From Chrysemys picta bellii (Eukaryota), in the NCBI RefSeq assembly GCF_011386835.1, contig NC_088795.1, positions 25,854,001 through 25,918,000 of the forward strand: a DNA stretch of 64,000 nt, read 5' to 3'. Within the stretch, counting starts at the first letter, position 1; each line of letters opens with the position of its first letter. The translations under genes were made by a program, and so were the position numbers. This document shows, piece after piece, positions 24,809-37,650 of this stretch. The notes under the pieces are model-generated. The model was not told the DNA's origin. It did not search any database and was given only the letters and a program-made list of their open reading frames with translations.

Positions 24809-26210
24809 TAGGAGGACCAAAAAAATGCCACCATGGCTAAATAACAAGTAAAAGAGGTGGTTAGAAACAAAAAGGCATCTTGTAAAAACTGAAAGTCAAA
24901 TACTACTGAGGAAAATAGAAAGGAACTCTAGCAAGTCAAGTGTAAAAGTATACTTTGGCAGGGCCAAAAAAAATCTGAAGAGCAACAGCAAAAGACGCAA
25001 AAGTAAATAGCAATTTTTTTTAAGTATATCAGAAGCAGGAAGCCTGCCAAACAATCATTGGGCCACTGGATAACTGAGGTGGGAAAGGAGCATTCAAAGA
25101 AGACAAGGCCGTTGCAGAGATGCTAACTGAATTCTTTGCAGACGACGTGAAAGAGATTCCCACACCTGAGCCATTCCTTTTAGATGACAAATCTGAGGAA
25201 CTGTCCCTGACTGAGGTGTCAAGAGAGGTAGTTTTGGAAATATGAAATTGCAGAACTACTAATTGTGGTATGTAACCTATCACTTAAATCAGCCGCTGTA
25301 ACAGATGGGCTGTGGATAGCTAATGTAATACCAAATTTTAAAAAGGGCTCCAGTGACAATGCTGGCAATTACAGGCTGGTAAGCCTGACTTCAGTGCCAG
25401 GCAATTAGTTGAAACTACAGTAAAGAACAGAATTATCAGACACGCAGATGAAGACGATATGTTGGGGGTCTTGTAAAGGGAAATCATGCCTCACCAATCT
25501 ATGAAAATTATTTGAGGGGGTCAATAAACACGTGGAAAGGGGTGATCCAGTGGATATATATTTGAACTTTCAGAAAGCCTTTGATGAGGTCCCTCACCAA
25601 AAGCTCTTAAGCAAATAGGCAGTCATGGGATAAGATGGAAGACCCTCTTATGGACCAGTAACTGGTTAAAAGACAGGAGACAAAGTGTGGGAATAAAAGG
25701 TCAGTTTTCACAATGGAGAGAGATAAATAGTGGGGTCTCCCAAGGATCCGTACTGGGACAAGTGCTTTCAATATATTCACAAACGATCTGAAAAAAAGGG
25801 GTAACCAGCGAGGTGGTAAAGTTTGCAGATGATACTAAATTACTCAAGATAGTTAAGTCCAAAGCTGACTGTGAAGAGTTACAAAAGGAATCTCACAGAA
25901 CTGGGTATCAAAATGGCAGATGAAATTCTATATTGATAAAGGCAAAGTAATGCACATTGGAAAACATAATTCCAACTATACTTACAAAATGATGGGGTCT
26001 AAATTAGCTATCACCACTCAAGAAAGAGATCTTGGAATCATTGTGAATAGTTCTCTGTAAACATCTCCTCAATGTATAGTGGCAGTCAAAAGAGTGAACA
26101 GAATGTTAGGAACCATTAGGAAAGGGACAGATAATAAGATAGAAAATATCGTAATGGCACTATACAAATCCATGGTACACCCACACCTTGAATACTGTGT
26201 GTTTTTAGTG
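24132..26210 (+). mobile_element. Degenerate CR1 LINE: ORF1 esterase domain, internal deletion, ORF2 RT; 3' end missing
   Basis: CLLGAKIADL...MVHVGTND (CR1 ORF1 SGNH-like); KFADDTKLL at about 25819-25845; LYKSMVHPHLEYCV at the end; many frameshifts and stops. Confidence 0.88.
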
Positions 26211-27764
26211 TTCGTAATTGGATCATGTATACTTGAATTCAGAGAAGATTTTCCTCCCCCCCCAATCTTCTAGCTAAGCTGTTGACAATCAACAACTATC
26301 TAAATTTTCATTAGAATAGAGAAGTGAAATGACCTTATATCTGAGCTGAACACAATACTGCAAGTTAATGAACTAAGCACCTCGCATGAGTTATCCTTAA
26401 CAAGTTTATGAAGTTAAACTTGAAACATTCCGTTTCAAAACCCAACTGCGTAGTTTAATATAATGCAGCCTATGTGGTCTGCAACTTTTTGCAAGCTTCC
26501 GTATTACAGTGCTGCTATAATTAAGGTTGTGTTAGCCTTTCCACTATAAGCCCTATTTTTAAAGAGTTTGTAATTTGGTTGTCAAATGTGTTCTGAGTGA
26601 AAACTTTGAACACCAGATCCCATGCGTGGGAACATTTTTTAAAATAAACCACATTCAACCCATTAAGTTACATGAACAACACAAAAGTTTCTCAGCTTAA
26701 CTCAAAATAAGATAGATTTAAAAGTAAGATGTGGCTTTTTGTCGTCTTAAAGTTCCTTTGTGATGCAAAAAGAAAATTATATTCAGCACAGTTTAGTCTA
26801 CACTAAGATCTAATGCCTTTTTGTAATTTGAGACAAAAGAAAAAAAAGAAAAGCAGAGGTTTATTGACCTGCATATCCCCCCAAACATTTCAAATCCCCC
26901 CCAAAACAGGTCTTGCAAATAGACACTTCTTCCCAGCCAGGCCCCTGTAACACACGTCTTCCTACAGCACTATAGTTCTACCTTTTGGCCAGCATCAAGG
27001 ATCTGTTCCTTTGTGCTAAATGCCCTCATTATTGAGATACCCTTTCCTCCCCATAACCTCTTTCTCTAAAGGTGGAACATCATCATTTTCCAGCACCCCC
27101 TTCCTTCAGGTCACTCTGGGCCAGGTGTGAAGATGTGATGATCTGGGAAGGAGAGAGGACACTGCACTTGCACCCTTTCTCTGGATCCTCTCATGCTTTC
27201 TTCTTTCTGGGCAGTTCCTTCCTAACCTGAGATCAGCCTCCTACCTGTCAGGTGTGTGATGTTCCATGGGAAAGAGTCAGATAGCCATCTATGAGGTGCT
27301 GACCTAAGCCATTGCTATCTGCTTCCAAAGGATGGATAACACATTCTACCTGAGCTTCCCAGTTGATCAGTATCTTCACCTATGCACTGCCCCAGAACTA
27401 CCTCAAAAAGCTGCGCCTGCATTTAGGTTCATGTACCTATTCCAAGTGCACTTCAAAATACTACCACCATATTTGAAAGATGTAAAGCATCTGCCTAGCA
27501 AAGAGAGATTTCAAAAGTGGTTAACAATGGTAGTGTACTATATAACTTACTTGCACGCGATTATGTACACCTCTTCGACAGAGTAAGCAAGTAAAAGACA
27601 CAAATCCAGCACTCTCTCTCTCCAACCCCTAAACTCTTGTCATACACTTTAAGGGTCTAACCTATTTTAACAACAGGCAAGATACAGTATGTTATAGTAA
27701 GAAATGTGGAGAGTAAAAGAGGAACACAGGAAATGAAAAGAGGTAGACATAGTTCGTATTTTAT

Positions 27765-28583
27765 TAGGGTTACCATATCTAATAAATAAAAAAAGAGGAC
27801 CCTCCACGGGCCCTGGCCCCGCCCATTTCCCCACCCCTACCCCCCGCCCCAACTCTGCCCCTTCCCCGCCCTAACTCCGCCCCCTCCTCCCTCCCACTCC
27901 CAGCCACGGGGAAAGGGCTGCCCCAGCGCTACCAGCTTCAGGGTTTGCCGGGCAACCCCCAGACCCTGCGCCCCCGGCCGGCGCTTCCCCAGCGCAGCTG
28001 GAGCCCGGGAGGGGAAGCGCCCAGCTGGGGGCGCAGGGTCTGGAGGCTGCCGGCAAACCGTGAAGCCGGTAGCGCTCGGGCTTTGGGCAGCCCCTATGCC
28101 TCCGGACCCTGCGCCCCCAGCCGGGCACTTCCCCTCCCGGGCTCCGGCGGCGCAGGGTCCGGAGGCACGGGGGCTGCCCAAAGCCGGTAGCGCTCGGGCA
28201 GCCCGGCTCTTAAACAGAGCCGAAGAGGAGCAGAGCCTCCAGCCGCGGCGGCTCTGCTCCTCCCCGACTCTTCGGCTCTGTTTAAGAGCTGGGCTGCCCG
28301 AGCGCTACCGGCTTCGGGCAGCCCCCGTGCCTCCAGATCCTGCGCCCCCAGCTGGGCACTTCCCCTCCCAGGCTCTGGCGGCGCAGGGTCCGGAGGCACG
28401 GGGGCTGCCCGAAGCCGGTAGCACTCGGGCAGCCCGGCTCTTAAACAGAGCCGAAGAGTCGGGGAGGAGCAGAGCCGCCATTTTCCCGGACACGTTCGGC
28501 TTTTTGGCAATTCCCCCCAGACGGGGGTTTGACTGCCGAAAAGCCGGACATGTCTGGGAAAAAGAGGATGTATGGTAACCCTA
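27765..28583. mobile_element. Young GC-rich hAT-type MITE with internal direct and inverted repeats
   Basis: TIR tagggttaccata / tatggtaacccta; perfect 8-bp TSD tattttat (27757-27764, 28584-28591). Confidence 0.9.
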
Positions 28584-30270
28584 TATTTTATGAAATGTTT
28601 GCTTCATACAAAATAAGTCAGAAAGGAGTGTGTAACATTCAACAGACTTCTCATGCAAGTTATAAACACAGATGAAGTGTGCCTCTAAAAAGCCTTCACA
28701 CTCCAACTTGATAAAAGATATTCCTCACCAAAAACCAATGGAGAGTAGGTTTTATTGAGAATTCATATTTAAAACAAATTTTAATCCAGTAATTTGTGAA
28801 TAACAGACATACACAAAAACCAGAACAGCAAAAAAAATGAAAAGCCATATTATTGAAGACTTGTTTCTCAAAATGACTTCTCTAAAAATTCCGCTACACC
28901 CAAAAGTAAAGCTTTCCTTTGGCCAAGGGACTACGTGTGATAAATCAATGCCTAATGATGTTTATTTCACAATTCTTTTTAAGCGGAATGTAAAACGCGC
29001 ATGTCACAAGTCAGGCCTTTGCTGGAAACTGTCTTACAACCTGTTCTATCAAATAGCTATTGTGAATTCATAATGATGGTAAATGAGTCATTAATTATTG
29101 TCTACACCCTCTCAAAGTAAATTTGTCATTCAACAGCAATGAATAGGAAGCCAGCGTATCTGTTATCCCTAACTGCACTTTCACCTTTTCCTTACAGGAA
29201 TCTAGTAGTTTCATACATTGGAATCATCTCAATAGTTTTCAGGTCACGGACCTATAAGGTTTTCTTCAGAATCACCAAACTGTCTGAATGGGAATGATAA
29301 ATTCTTGCTCATCAGTTGGATTGTCTGTCTTTGGTTTTATTGTTGTGCAAGATTAACATGCACAAAGCTGAGAGTTCTTAAAAGGTGGACAATTTATTAT
29401 TTTCTTTACAGGGAGTGGCCTGCTCTTTGGTTTCACAAACTGCATATGTTCAAAGATTGATAGTTAAATTAATTCATATATTAGTCAGATTAGTGTAGTC
29501 TGGCTTTAAAAGTTTTCAAATAATATTGCCAGGGATAGTGACATTTCAAAATTAAGGAAGTGAGTGTGTTTAAAGGGAAAAAAGCCCTTTGTTTCAACAT
29601 GACAAACCCTGAAAAAATAATGTAACCAGATGGCACAGCTTAGAAAGGACTGATGCTTTTTATTTAATATACTATAATTTTTGCACTTTTCTAGACAGAA
29701 ATAAGAGGTGATACAGTCTTCTTAAATTAAGATCCTTAAATGACAAAAGCCTTCACTTACTACCTTAGTATATGCATTTCTAGTGGGACAGAGTCTAATT
29801 CCAGGTACACAGTGGTTATCTCCAGGTATCTATTTTCACCCACTTTCATTCTATTGGTTTAAAAATGTAGCATTTATCAAAGATGTTAACTTGATAGGAT
29901 GAGCGGGGCATTTCAAGCTTTCCCACACCATCCCTAACATGCCTCACCACTGACAGGCAAGAACCAATGCTAAGAAGATAGTTTGATCTCTACGCCGTTC
30001 AGTCCTAAATCTCTACTGAGATGGCCAGAAGAGGTGCCGATAAGCAATCTTTGTGATTTAAGCCACACTTCAGAAAGGTGCATAACCATCTTGTCTAAAT
30101 GGGGATGCATTCCTGAAATAAGGCCTTAGACACGCCCACCAGAACCTGGACTGAAACAGCCATTTCACACAGGCAGTCTTACAGCAGCCAGACCACAATG
30201 ACTTTTCAACACTACAGACCTTCACAGTCTGATTCAAACCAGTAACCTAGCAGTGAAATCTTTGTATCTA

Positions 30271-30935
30271 CACCTCTACTCCGATATAACGCGGTCCTCA
30301 GGCGCCAAAAAAATCTCATCGTGTTATAGGTGAAGCTGTGTTATATCAGGGTAGGGGAGAGGAACCGCTCCCCGCCCCAAGCTCACCTCCACCCTGCCTC
30401 CGCCTCTTCCCTGAGCGCACCGCTGCTGCTCCGCTTCTCCCTCCCTCCCTTCCTTCCAGGCTTGCCATGCCAATCAGCTGTTTGGCCCAGCAAGCCTGGA
30501 AGAGGGGGAGGCGGAGAAGCGGAGCGGCGGCGGCGCGCTCAGGGGAGGAGGCGGAGATGAGCTGGAGAGGGGAGTGGTTCCTCTGCACCCCCCCCCTTAT
30601 TTGCTGCGGCCCCCCCGCCCCAGCTCACTTCCGCCTCCTCCCATGTGCGTGCCACAGCTCTGCTTCTCCTCCCTCCCAGGCTTGCCGCGCCAAACAGCTG
30701 ATTGGTGTGGCATGCCTGGGAGGGAGGAGAAGCGGAGCTGCGGCACGCTCGTGAGAGGAAGCGGAGGTAAGCTGGGGCGGGGGGGCCCCGGGGCGCGCCA
30801 CAGCAAGTAACGGGCGGGTGCAGAGGAACCGCCTGCGGTAACACGAATTCGGATATAACAAGATAAAGCAGCCCCATCCCCCGGAGCGCTGCTTTCCCGC
30901 GTTATATCGGACTGCATTATATCGGGTTAGAGGTG
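30271..30935. mobile_element. Tc1/mariner MITE, long GC-rich variant of the 11569 family
   Basis: TIR cacctctactccgatataac / ttatatcgggttagaggtg; TA flanks; first about 77 nt colinear with 11569 element. Confidence 0.85.
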
Positions 30936-31339
30936 TATCTAGCTCTGCATATCAAATAAATATAGCTATTCTGTCTTGTGCATTAGGTGAGTTTACAAGC
31001 TATTCAGCAAAGCATGCTGTCGATTCAAGGTCAGAATTTGTCCCTTACCATTACTATTTGTCCCTTACTTACACAACTAAACCCATGAAAACACTAGCAA
31101 GTTTTTAAAACAAAATATTGCAGCCACACCTGTGGGGTTTCACATACAGATGATTTGATGACAAGTATCATGTCTACAGAGCCAATAAAAGAAAACGTTT
31201 TTCATATAAATGCTCAGTTAGCCCATAGGTCTCACTGCCACTCAATACCATTGAGCCAACCTCTTAGCAAGATTCAAAAAAGGTTAACAAGATCATCCGA
31301 AGTTATTAATATACAACCAACCAATCAACCAAGAAGGTT

Positions 31340-31555
31340 GGAAGAGATGTAATCCCTTCTGCTTCAGGGTATAAACCAACTTCTCATTATTGGGATTTAG
31401 GAAGACGCTTTCCCTGGAGGTAAGTCACTCCATAATTGTCTACTACAGGGCTTCCTGCAATTTCATCTGAAGCATCTGTTGTGGGGTAATGTCAAACAGG
31501 ATACTCGCTTAAATGGGCGATTGGTCTGATCCAATATAGCAGTAGCTCTATCCCT
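31340..31555 (+). mobile_element. Old CR1-type 3' UTR remnant
   Basis: ggcttcctgcaatttcatctgaagcatctg...ggtctgatccaatatagcagtagctctatccct resembles reptile CR1 3' ends; recognition from memory only. Confidence 0.45.
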
Positions 31556-31729
31556 ACTTCCGCACTGGCAGTAGCCATTCTAATTGCTTTGTCATTTACT
31601 TAAAAACTGAAGAAAAGCAAAATCTCACCTCCTCCAAGAGGTGCTATAGAGATATTAACTTAATCAAATGGAGGAAGCCTCTGCAGAAAGTAACCCCCTC
31701 ACCAACAAAATGTAGAAAACCCCACTCAC

Positions 31730-32293
31730 CTTCTACATTCATGGCTTCCCTCAGAGCCTGCAATTTCTTCTGTCTCTCTCTGATCCTGTCAAAGGCACAC
31801 GATATTGCTGCAGAGGTTGATGACTCTGGCACCAGGCGCACTTGTTCCAGTTTTTGAGGGCCGAAGACATCCAGTGCTATGCTTCCATCAGAATATCTTG
31901 CTTCCTTGTTCCTAGTGGTAGTTGAAGTCCGTACTGTAACTGTCTCATAGTGATTGTTGTGTCTGTGAGACTCTGCAGAATGGTCTGTCTCAGTTGCTTT
32001 GTTAGTTGTACACAGCAAGTCTGTGGAGGAAGCCCAAACCTTCCGTTTGGGAGCACTGTCTGCTCCAACGTTACTTTTCCCCCCCAAGTCATCAGTTCTA
32101 CACCGATAAGGACAGCAAGCATCTTCACGTCCAGAGTAGTAATCTGAGGATATGCTCTGGAAAAAATCTTCCTCGCCTTTTGCTCCTCTGATGGACAGGA
32201 ATCCCATAGATTTACTAAGCCCTTTGTTCAGCATGGCCTGTTGAGAGAATTGAGGCTTTTGTACTTCTGATGCATCACCCATTAAACTTCGTC
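31730..32293 (-). CDS. PTPN13: PTPN13 large coding exon (post-KIND linker), (G)RSLMGDASEVQKP...DRIRERQKKLQALREAMNVE
   Basis: ttctcattccag|GA CGA AGT TTA ATG...AAT GTA GAA G|gtgagt; 564 nt, phase 1-1; ORF 31644..32282 contains LNKGLSKSMGFLSI, TVRTSTT, EARYSDGSIALD, RIRERQKKLQ. Confidence 0.96.
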
Positions 32294-33282
32294 CTGGAAT
32301 GAGAAGAATCCATCATGTATGTACTGTCGGTTCAGGCACTGGAGTGCAACAAAAGTTATTGACTTTGTAAGCTATACACTATTTAAAAATGCAGCGTTTT
32401 ATTGGTTTATCGTGCAAATGCTGGAAAAAATACTTTAAAGGATTCCTCACTGAATAACCCAAAACAATGCTTATGTTATCAGATACTTTCCAACATTCGT
32501 TTACTTTGTTTCTGAAATATCCAACGGTGAATTCCTGGCCTAGCGGAGTTGGGTAACTAATAATATTTTAAAACATACAGAGTGAAATAAATGTTTTAAC
32601 AGTTTTCTCCCATCACCAAATGAAAATAATCTTTTGAAAATAATCTGAAACACTCCTGAAAATATTAGAGCTATAGTTTACATAATTCCCCCACCATGCT
32701 CTAAAGACATAGTCCACATTTTGCTTGATTTATGACAAGTCTAGGTTTGTTCTACTGATTACCTGGATACACTACAGTATTGGCTGCAGTAGGAGATGAC
32801 TATGTAACTTGGAATTTAAAAAAATCCTGGATCTTACAGTAATGACTATTTTTGGATGATGTTAGACTCTCTTGAGTTAACTTTCTGAACTTAAGATGGG
32901 CACTCTGATAGAGTTTTCAAGAACAGAGTAATTGTATGAGCTTTTATGCTTTACGTTAAGGTAGCATTTCAAGCAAGCAGGCTGTTTTGAAATTACTTAC
33001 AAATAATACCATCAAATGAGATATTTCTTCTACAAATGTACTTGGAAGAATGCTAAACTTTACTTAACCTCAATATCACCCCACTAGCTCTGAAAACTCA
33101 CAGTGCAAGTAGAGGTTTTTGTCATGAAATTTTCTGGAAACTATGGGCCCAATTTCACATACACCTACTACCAGGAGAAGTACCTACAGCCGTAAGTAAC
33201 CCCTTGGGATTACTCACCAATGCAAGCATTTTGTTAAATAACCCAGACCCTGATCCTACAAACTACATGTTTGTGTATTTAA

Positions 33283-33421
33283 GTGCACGGCTACACTAGA
33301 GTTTACAGCAGCACTGCTGCAGAAGCTTCTCCCACCAACATAGTGCTGTCTATGCTTATGATTTATTCACCCCCCGAGTGACATAAGTTATGCCGACTTA
33401 AGCTGTAGTGTAGATAAAGTC
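33283..33421. mobile_element. Short degenerate Harbinger-type MITE
   Basis: ggctacacta ... tagtgtagataaagtc terminal similarity to the other GTCTACAC-type elements. Confidence 0.5.
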
Positions 33422-36400
33422 TAAAAGGATCAAATGGCACTTGCTTAAAACTACCGTGTAAAGATTTAAAAATTACTAATATTCAAGAGGTAAAACTACT
33501 AATTACTAATATTCAAGAGGATCAGACGATGTCCAACTACCGTTATTCCTCTGTTCTGTACATCTTGATACAGAAACATTTGAAAACATTCAGTACAAAG
33601 TTATGGAAATTTGAACAAAAAAACCTACTGTGTATTCCTAACATAGAGTAGTTTAGTCCCATGTATATTACAACTCCAGAAATATACTGCTAAAAACTAC
33701 AAGGATGATGTCTACCTGAGGTGTATGCACATTACACATGTTGATTTTCACCCCATGATAGCATCCCTGCTGGGAAAAAATGGATTGAAAAGAGTCTCTG
33801 GCGCGTAGTCAAGTCAATCCTTCTGCCAACCCAGCTAGAGATATAGTAGTGCACGTTGTCTCTCAGGGTGAACTTTTAACAATATCCCAGATGAGATATT
33901 AGCCTATATTTCTTCCCTCTGAGTCAGCCTTGAAGTCCTCTTCACAAAAGAAAACAATCCTAGAGCTCAAAGTAATTTGCTGCACTGAACCTTCTATTGT
34001 GAAAGACAGTTCTGGAATCTGAACTGCTGCCCTTTGTTAGAGAGTTGATCAACTCTCATCAAGAGCCACGCTTGTGCATTGGGCTCCTGCTGAGCTTCCA
34101 GTGAGTCTATTACTTTTTATTGTATTTTATTGAGTGCTCTAAGAGTTTTTACAAACACTTTGAAAGCTCACTGATTTGCACCCCTAAGCTTTGACTGTCT
34201 ACTCTTTTCTTGTTACCATTTTGGCCTGAATAAGACCTGGCATGATAAAATAAGTATTTCTTATCCTTGCAAAGTCATAACATTTTAGTGTTTTGAGCTT
34301 CAGAAGAGACTAAATGTCTTCAAGGCAGCACAAAAGCTGCTTTGTGTTCCAACTCATTCAAAATACTAAAATGCAAGGCTTTGTCAAAGGGATAAAAACA
34401 TTCCAAAACTGACTGTTACACAACCAAGTCAACATTCCAAAATTAGGGTTAAAGCCCTAAGCCTCAATTAAAAAAATCAAATAATCCATGGCTGGCCACC
34501 ATCTTCCATGGGACATCTGTTGATGATCTGTGCCACTGATTACCCAGAAGGCCTCTGCCTAGCTCAAATGTTCAATGGCTGTCTGTTAAGCTCAGTTTGC
34601 ACATAAACAGCCTTCAAATGGTCATAGGCCACAATGCCACCACAAGTGAGTCTGCTGCTGCCAATGGCCCCTTCTCCGCACCCCACATTGTATGCAAACG
34701 TGGTTTAGGAAAGGGTGTAAATACTGCAGCAGATGCAAACAGGTGGGAACACTTTGGCAACACGTCAACTCATAAACATTAGAAACGTATTTCAATATTT
34801 TCACTATTTATTTAAGATTCTCGGGGGGCGGGGGGGGAGACATCAAAGTGAAATCACCCACGTTACCATCCCCACCCCCAAAGTTTCAATTCTAAAAGAA
34901 AGATTTTTAGCTGGAAAAATTGCTTTTGCATTACTTCACCTTATTGTTTTACTTTCCAAATCAGACTGCCTAAACCGAAATTAAATGCATGCAGTAAATC
35001 TAGCGAAAGAATAATGATGTTAAAGGAAAATGAGGAGTGCCTCTCCTCCCCCCCACCAAAAAAAAGATGGCTATGACACCCATGTAACACTTTGACTATA
35101 TTTCGGGACAACCTATGAACCATATAGGCCCAATTCAAAAAAGTATCCCTGTTCAAGAATGCTTTCCTGAACTGGGGCCATAATAGCGAATACTGAGTCC
35201 AAGCATATTTTATAAACACCAATTAGGTTCCCATACAGCAGCAAGCATGTCTATTGTACATTGATGGAGCGTGCAGTAAGGGACCGTGACCTGTTCAAAT
35301 ATAGGAATGAGAAAGCTTGAGGGGGAGGAGCAGGGCATCAACCTCAAGCGTTGGTTGTCTATTGTTGGGAGTAGGTGCTACAATACTCCCTACAATAGAC
35401 TTCCTGCCAAGCCCTACTAGATGCTCAGTTTATACCAAAGGCTCTGCAAAGAGGAGACTAACTCCTGACCTTAGCATGTGGGGATGTTTCCCATTGCTTA
35501 ACTCCCATGCCCACTTGATCTTTCCTCGAAAGGAGGAGCGAGTGCCCTAATCACTATCTCATCATCAGGGACTGGGAGAGTGCTCATGGCTGCAGCATTG
35601 CCACTCATTTAGTAATTATATGGACAGGAGAGGAGAGGAGCTGTCTTGACAGAAAGCAGTGCATGAAGTGGATGCTTGATAGATGCCCATTCCACACTGC
35701 TATTTCATTCTGCTGATTGGGATGCTTAGAACACCATTTTTACATGATTGACTTTTGCTGCCTGTGTTCGCCTTTAACATATGACCAAAGGGAAATCAGT
35801 GTTGGCCTTAGCATTTAGACATTAGGCTACAAAACAGTTTCACTCCAATCTCCTGTGATCACATCACGAAGCAGAGGATTTTTGGGAACGACTGTGTAAA
35901 TGTTTCTTTGCATCCCCATAAATCTTCAGTCTGCCACCAGGCCACCCTGTTGCTAGAGGAATGGAGAACCACCAGCTTACATTGAGGCCTGTACTGTAAC
36001 ACTGAGGCGGGGGGAAAAAAAAGTGAAGGTCTAAACTGGGAGGTTTTTGCACTTTGTTTGAATTTTAAGTATTTCCCCCCCTTTTCCTGCATTTCACTGT
36101 GGATCACAGAATAAACAGCAATATTATTGTAACGCAAGTGCTCAAAATATCACCCCTTTCCTCACAAGCTCACAGCTTTAGAAACATCATAAAGTTAAAA
36201 AAAAAAATCACTGCTCTTGCTCATTCCCTCCCTAGAGCTCTTTATTCCTTTTCATTTCCTCCTGTTCCACAGCTCATTCTACATTTTCTCCCTGCTATTC
36301 TCTTTCTCTGAAATGCAGCATCTTCCTTTCCCAGTCTCTTTTCTTCCCAATTCATATTCATGCTCTTCTCTCCACCCCCTTGTTCTCCCCTTAGTCTCAT

Positions 36401-36549
36401 CTTTTGTTCCTCATCCCATCATTCTCACCTGGTCTCCTCACACTGTACCTTTAAGGTCTTCCCCACCACATACACACACTAATTCCAAATGAGCACTGAC
36501 TGAACTAGTCTATAATTCTTTTCAAGCAGCTGTTTAATAGTCATCACTA

Positions 36550-36630
36550 CTGTGATGTAGTTATTAACCCCATTTTACAGATGGGAAAATTAGGTGACTT
36601 GGCCAAAGCCACAGAGGGATTCCAAACCAA
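36550..36630 (-). mobile_element. MIR-like CORE fragment
   Basis: ccccattttacagatgggaaaattaggtgacttggccaaagccacag is the antisense CORE signature. Confidence 0.55.
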
Positions 36631-37179
36631 GATGAGAATGCACTTGCTTAGGTCTGTAGACAATGCTGACCCTTACACATGACTGTGACTTTCTTATCCT
36701 CTATAGAAATGCTATTTTGAAACTACTTATATCAAGACTCCTTAGAGGGGCATAGCAGATCTGTCTCGTGCAGTTTTATAGCCACAGATCCATTTCTCCA
36801 GCTAATCAATTGGAAGGCTGTCTATTGTAGCACAGAGGCTAGTATTGCCATAAAAAAAAGTAAAACATCTTTTCCCTCCATTCAGTTTAAGTCAGCACTA
36901 TGGATCTGGTTTAACCTGGCCTTTATCCTGGTGATTTGAGCACTCTAGCTGAAGGAGAAAGTTTATTTATTTATTTGTACACTCTTGGCTTTTAACTGTG
37001 TGCATGATCACTACTTTAAAATACTGGAAAAATGATGAGGGAAAGCCACATATGAGGATTAAATAACCAACACAGAGAAGAAAGGGAATTTGGTTGGATA
37101 AGGCTCCAGGATTGTGCACTTTTGTGCCTCTGAAGTAGAGTGTGACAGATGACATGCCTACTTATTAAAAGGAAATGGA

Positions 37180-37420
37180 AGATGGATGGCCTGGTAGTTA
37201 CATTTGTGGACTGGGACTCTGGAAACCTGGTTTCAGTTTCCTGATCTGCCACTGACATTTTGTGACACCTTGGGCAAGTTATTTAGTTGCTCTCTGCCTC
37301 AGTTTCCCATTTGTAAAATGGAAGGATAGTACTCCCCTACCTCACAGGGGTATTGCAGGGACAACACATGAATAATTGAGAGGCACTGAGATACTACACT
37401 GTTGACCATATAAGTACATA
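37180..37420 (+). mobile_element. MIR-like CORE-SINE
   Basis: ccttgggcaagttatttagttgctctctgcctcagtttcccatttgtaaaatgg is the CORE domain signature, preceded by a tRNA-like head. Confidence 0.7.
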
Positions 37421-37519
37421 TGATAGACAGCTCAGCCTTTCCCCCAAATTACCCTTGGAAGACTCAGATGCTAGGGATGGGGGGAAGGAGCAGCAGGATG
37501 TAGCCTCCCTTATCACCTT

Positions 37520-37650
37520 TAGCGCAGACGTTAGGGCACTCACCTGGGAGGTGGGAGACGAAGGTTCAATTTCCCTCTCTGCCTGATGTGAAGAAGGGAT
37601 TTGAACTTAGGTCTCCCACGGGCTAGGTGAATGCCCTAACCTCTAGGATA
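37520..37650. repeat. Two convergent tRNA-like modules forming a hairpin
   Basis: tagcgcagacgttagggcactcacctgggaggtgggagacgaaggttcaatttccc and, on the minus strand, tatcctagaggttagggcattcacctagcccgtgggagacctaagttcaaatccc. Confidence 0.7.

Noticed and set aside
27270-27350. Faint resemblance to an antisense 5S-derived SINE head
   Set aside because: Similarity too weak to support by eye; would need an nhmmer/Dfam hit.
27837-28578. ORFs of 81-172 aa
   Set aside because: Entirely within a TIR/TSD-bounded GC-rich hAT MITE with internal repeats.
30330-30917. ORFs of 76-138 aa
   Set aside because: Within the GC-rich cargo of a mariner MITE.
32294-32338. Alternative upstream acceptor 45 nt before the large exon
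   Set aside because: In frame by length but contains TGA (V-P-E-P-T-V-H-T-stop); no supporting evidence of use.
33471-33520. 20-nt duplication aattactaatattcaagagg with 30-bp period
   Set aside because: Ordinary local slippage or repair duplication; no further structure.
37520-37580. Functional tRNA gene
   Set aside because: No acceptor-stem pairing, degenerate A/B boxes, and paired with an inverted sister copy; treated as repeat-derived.
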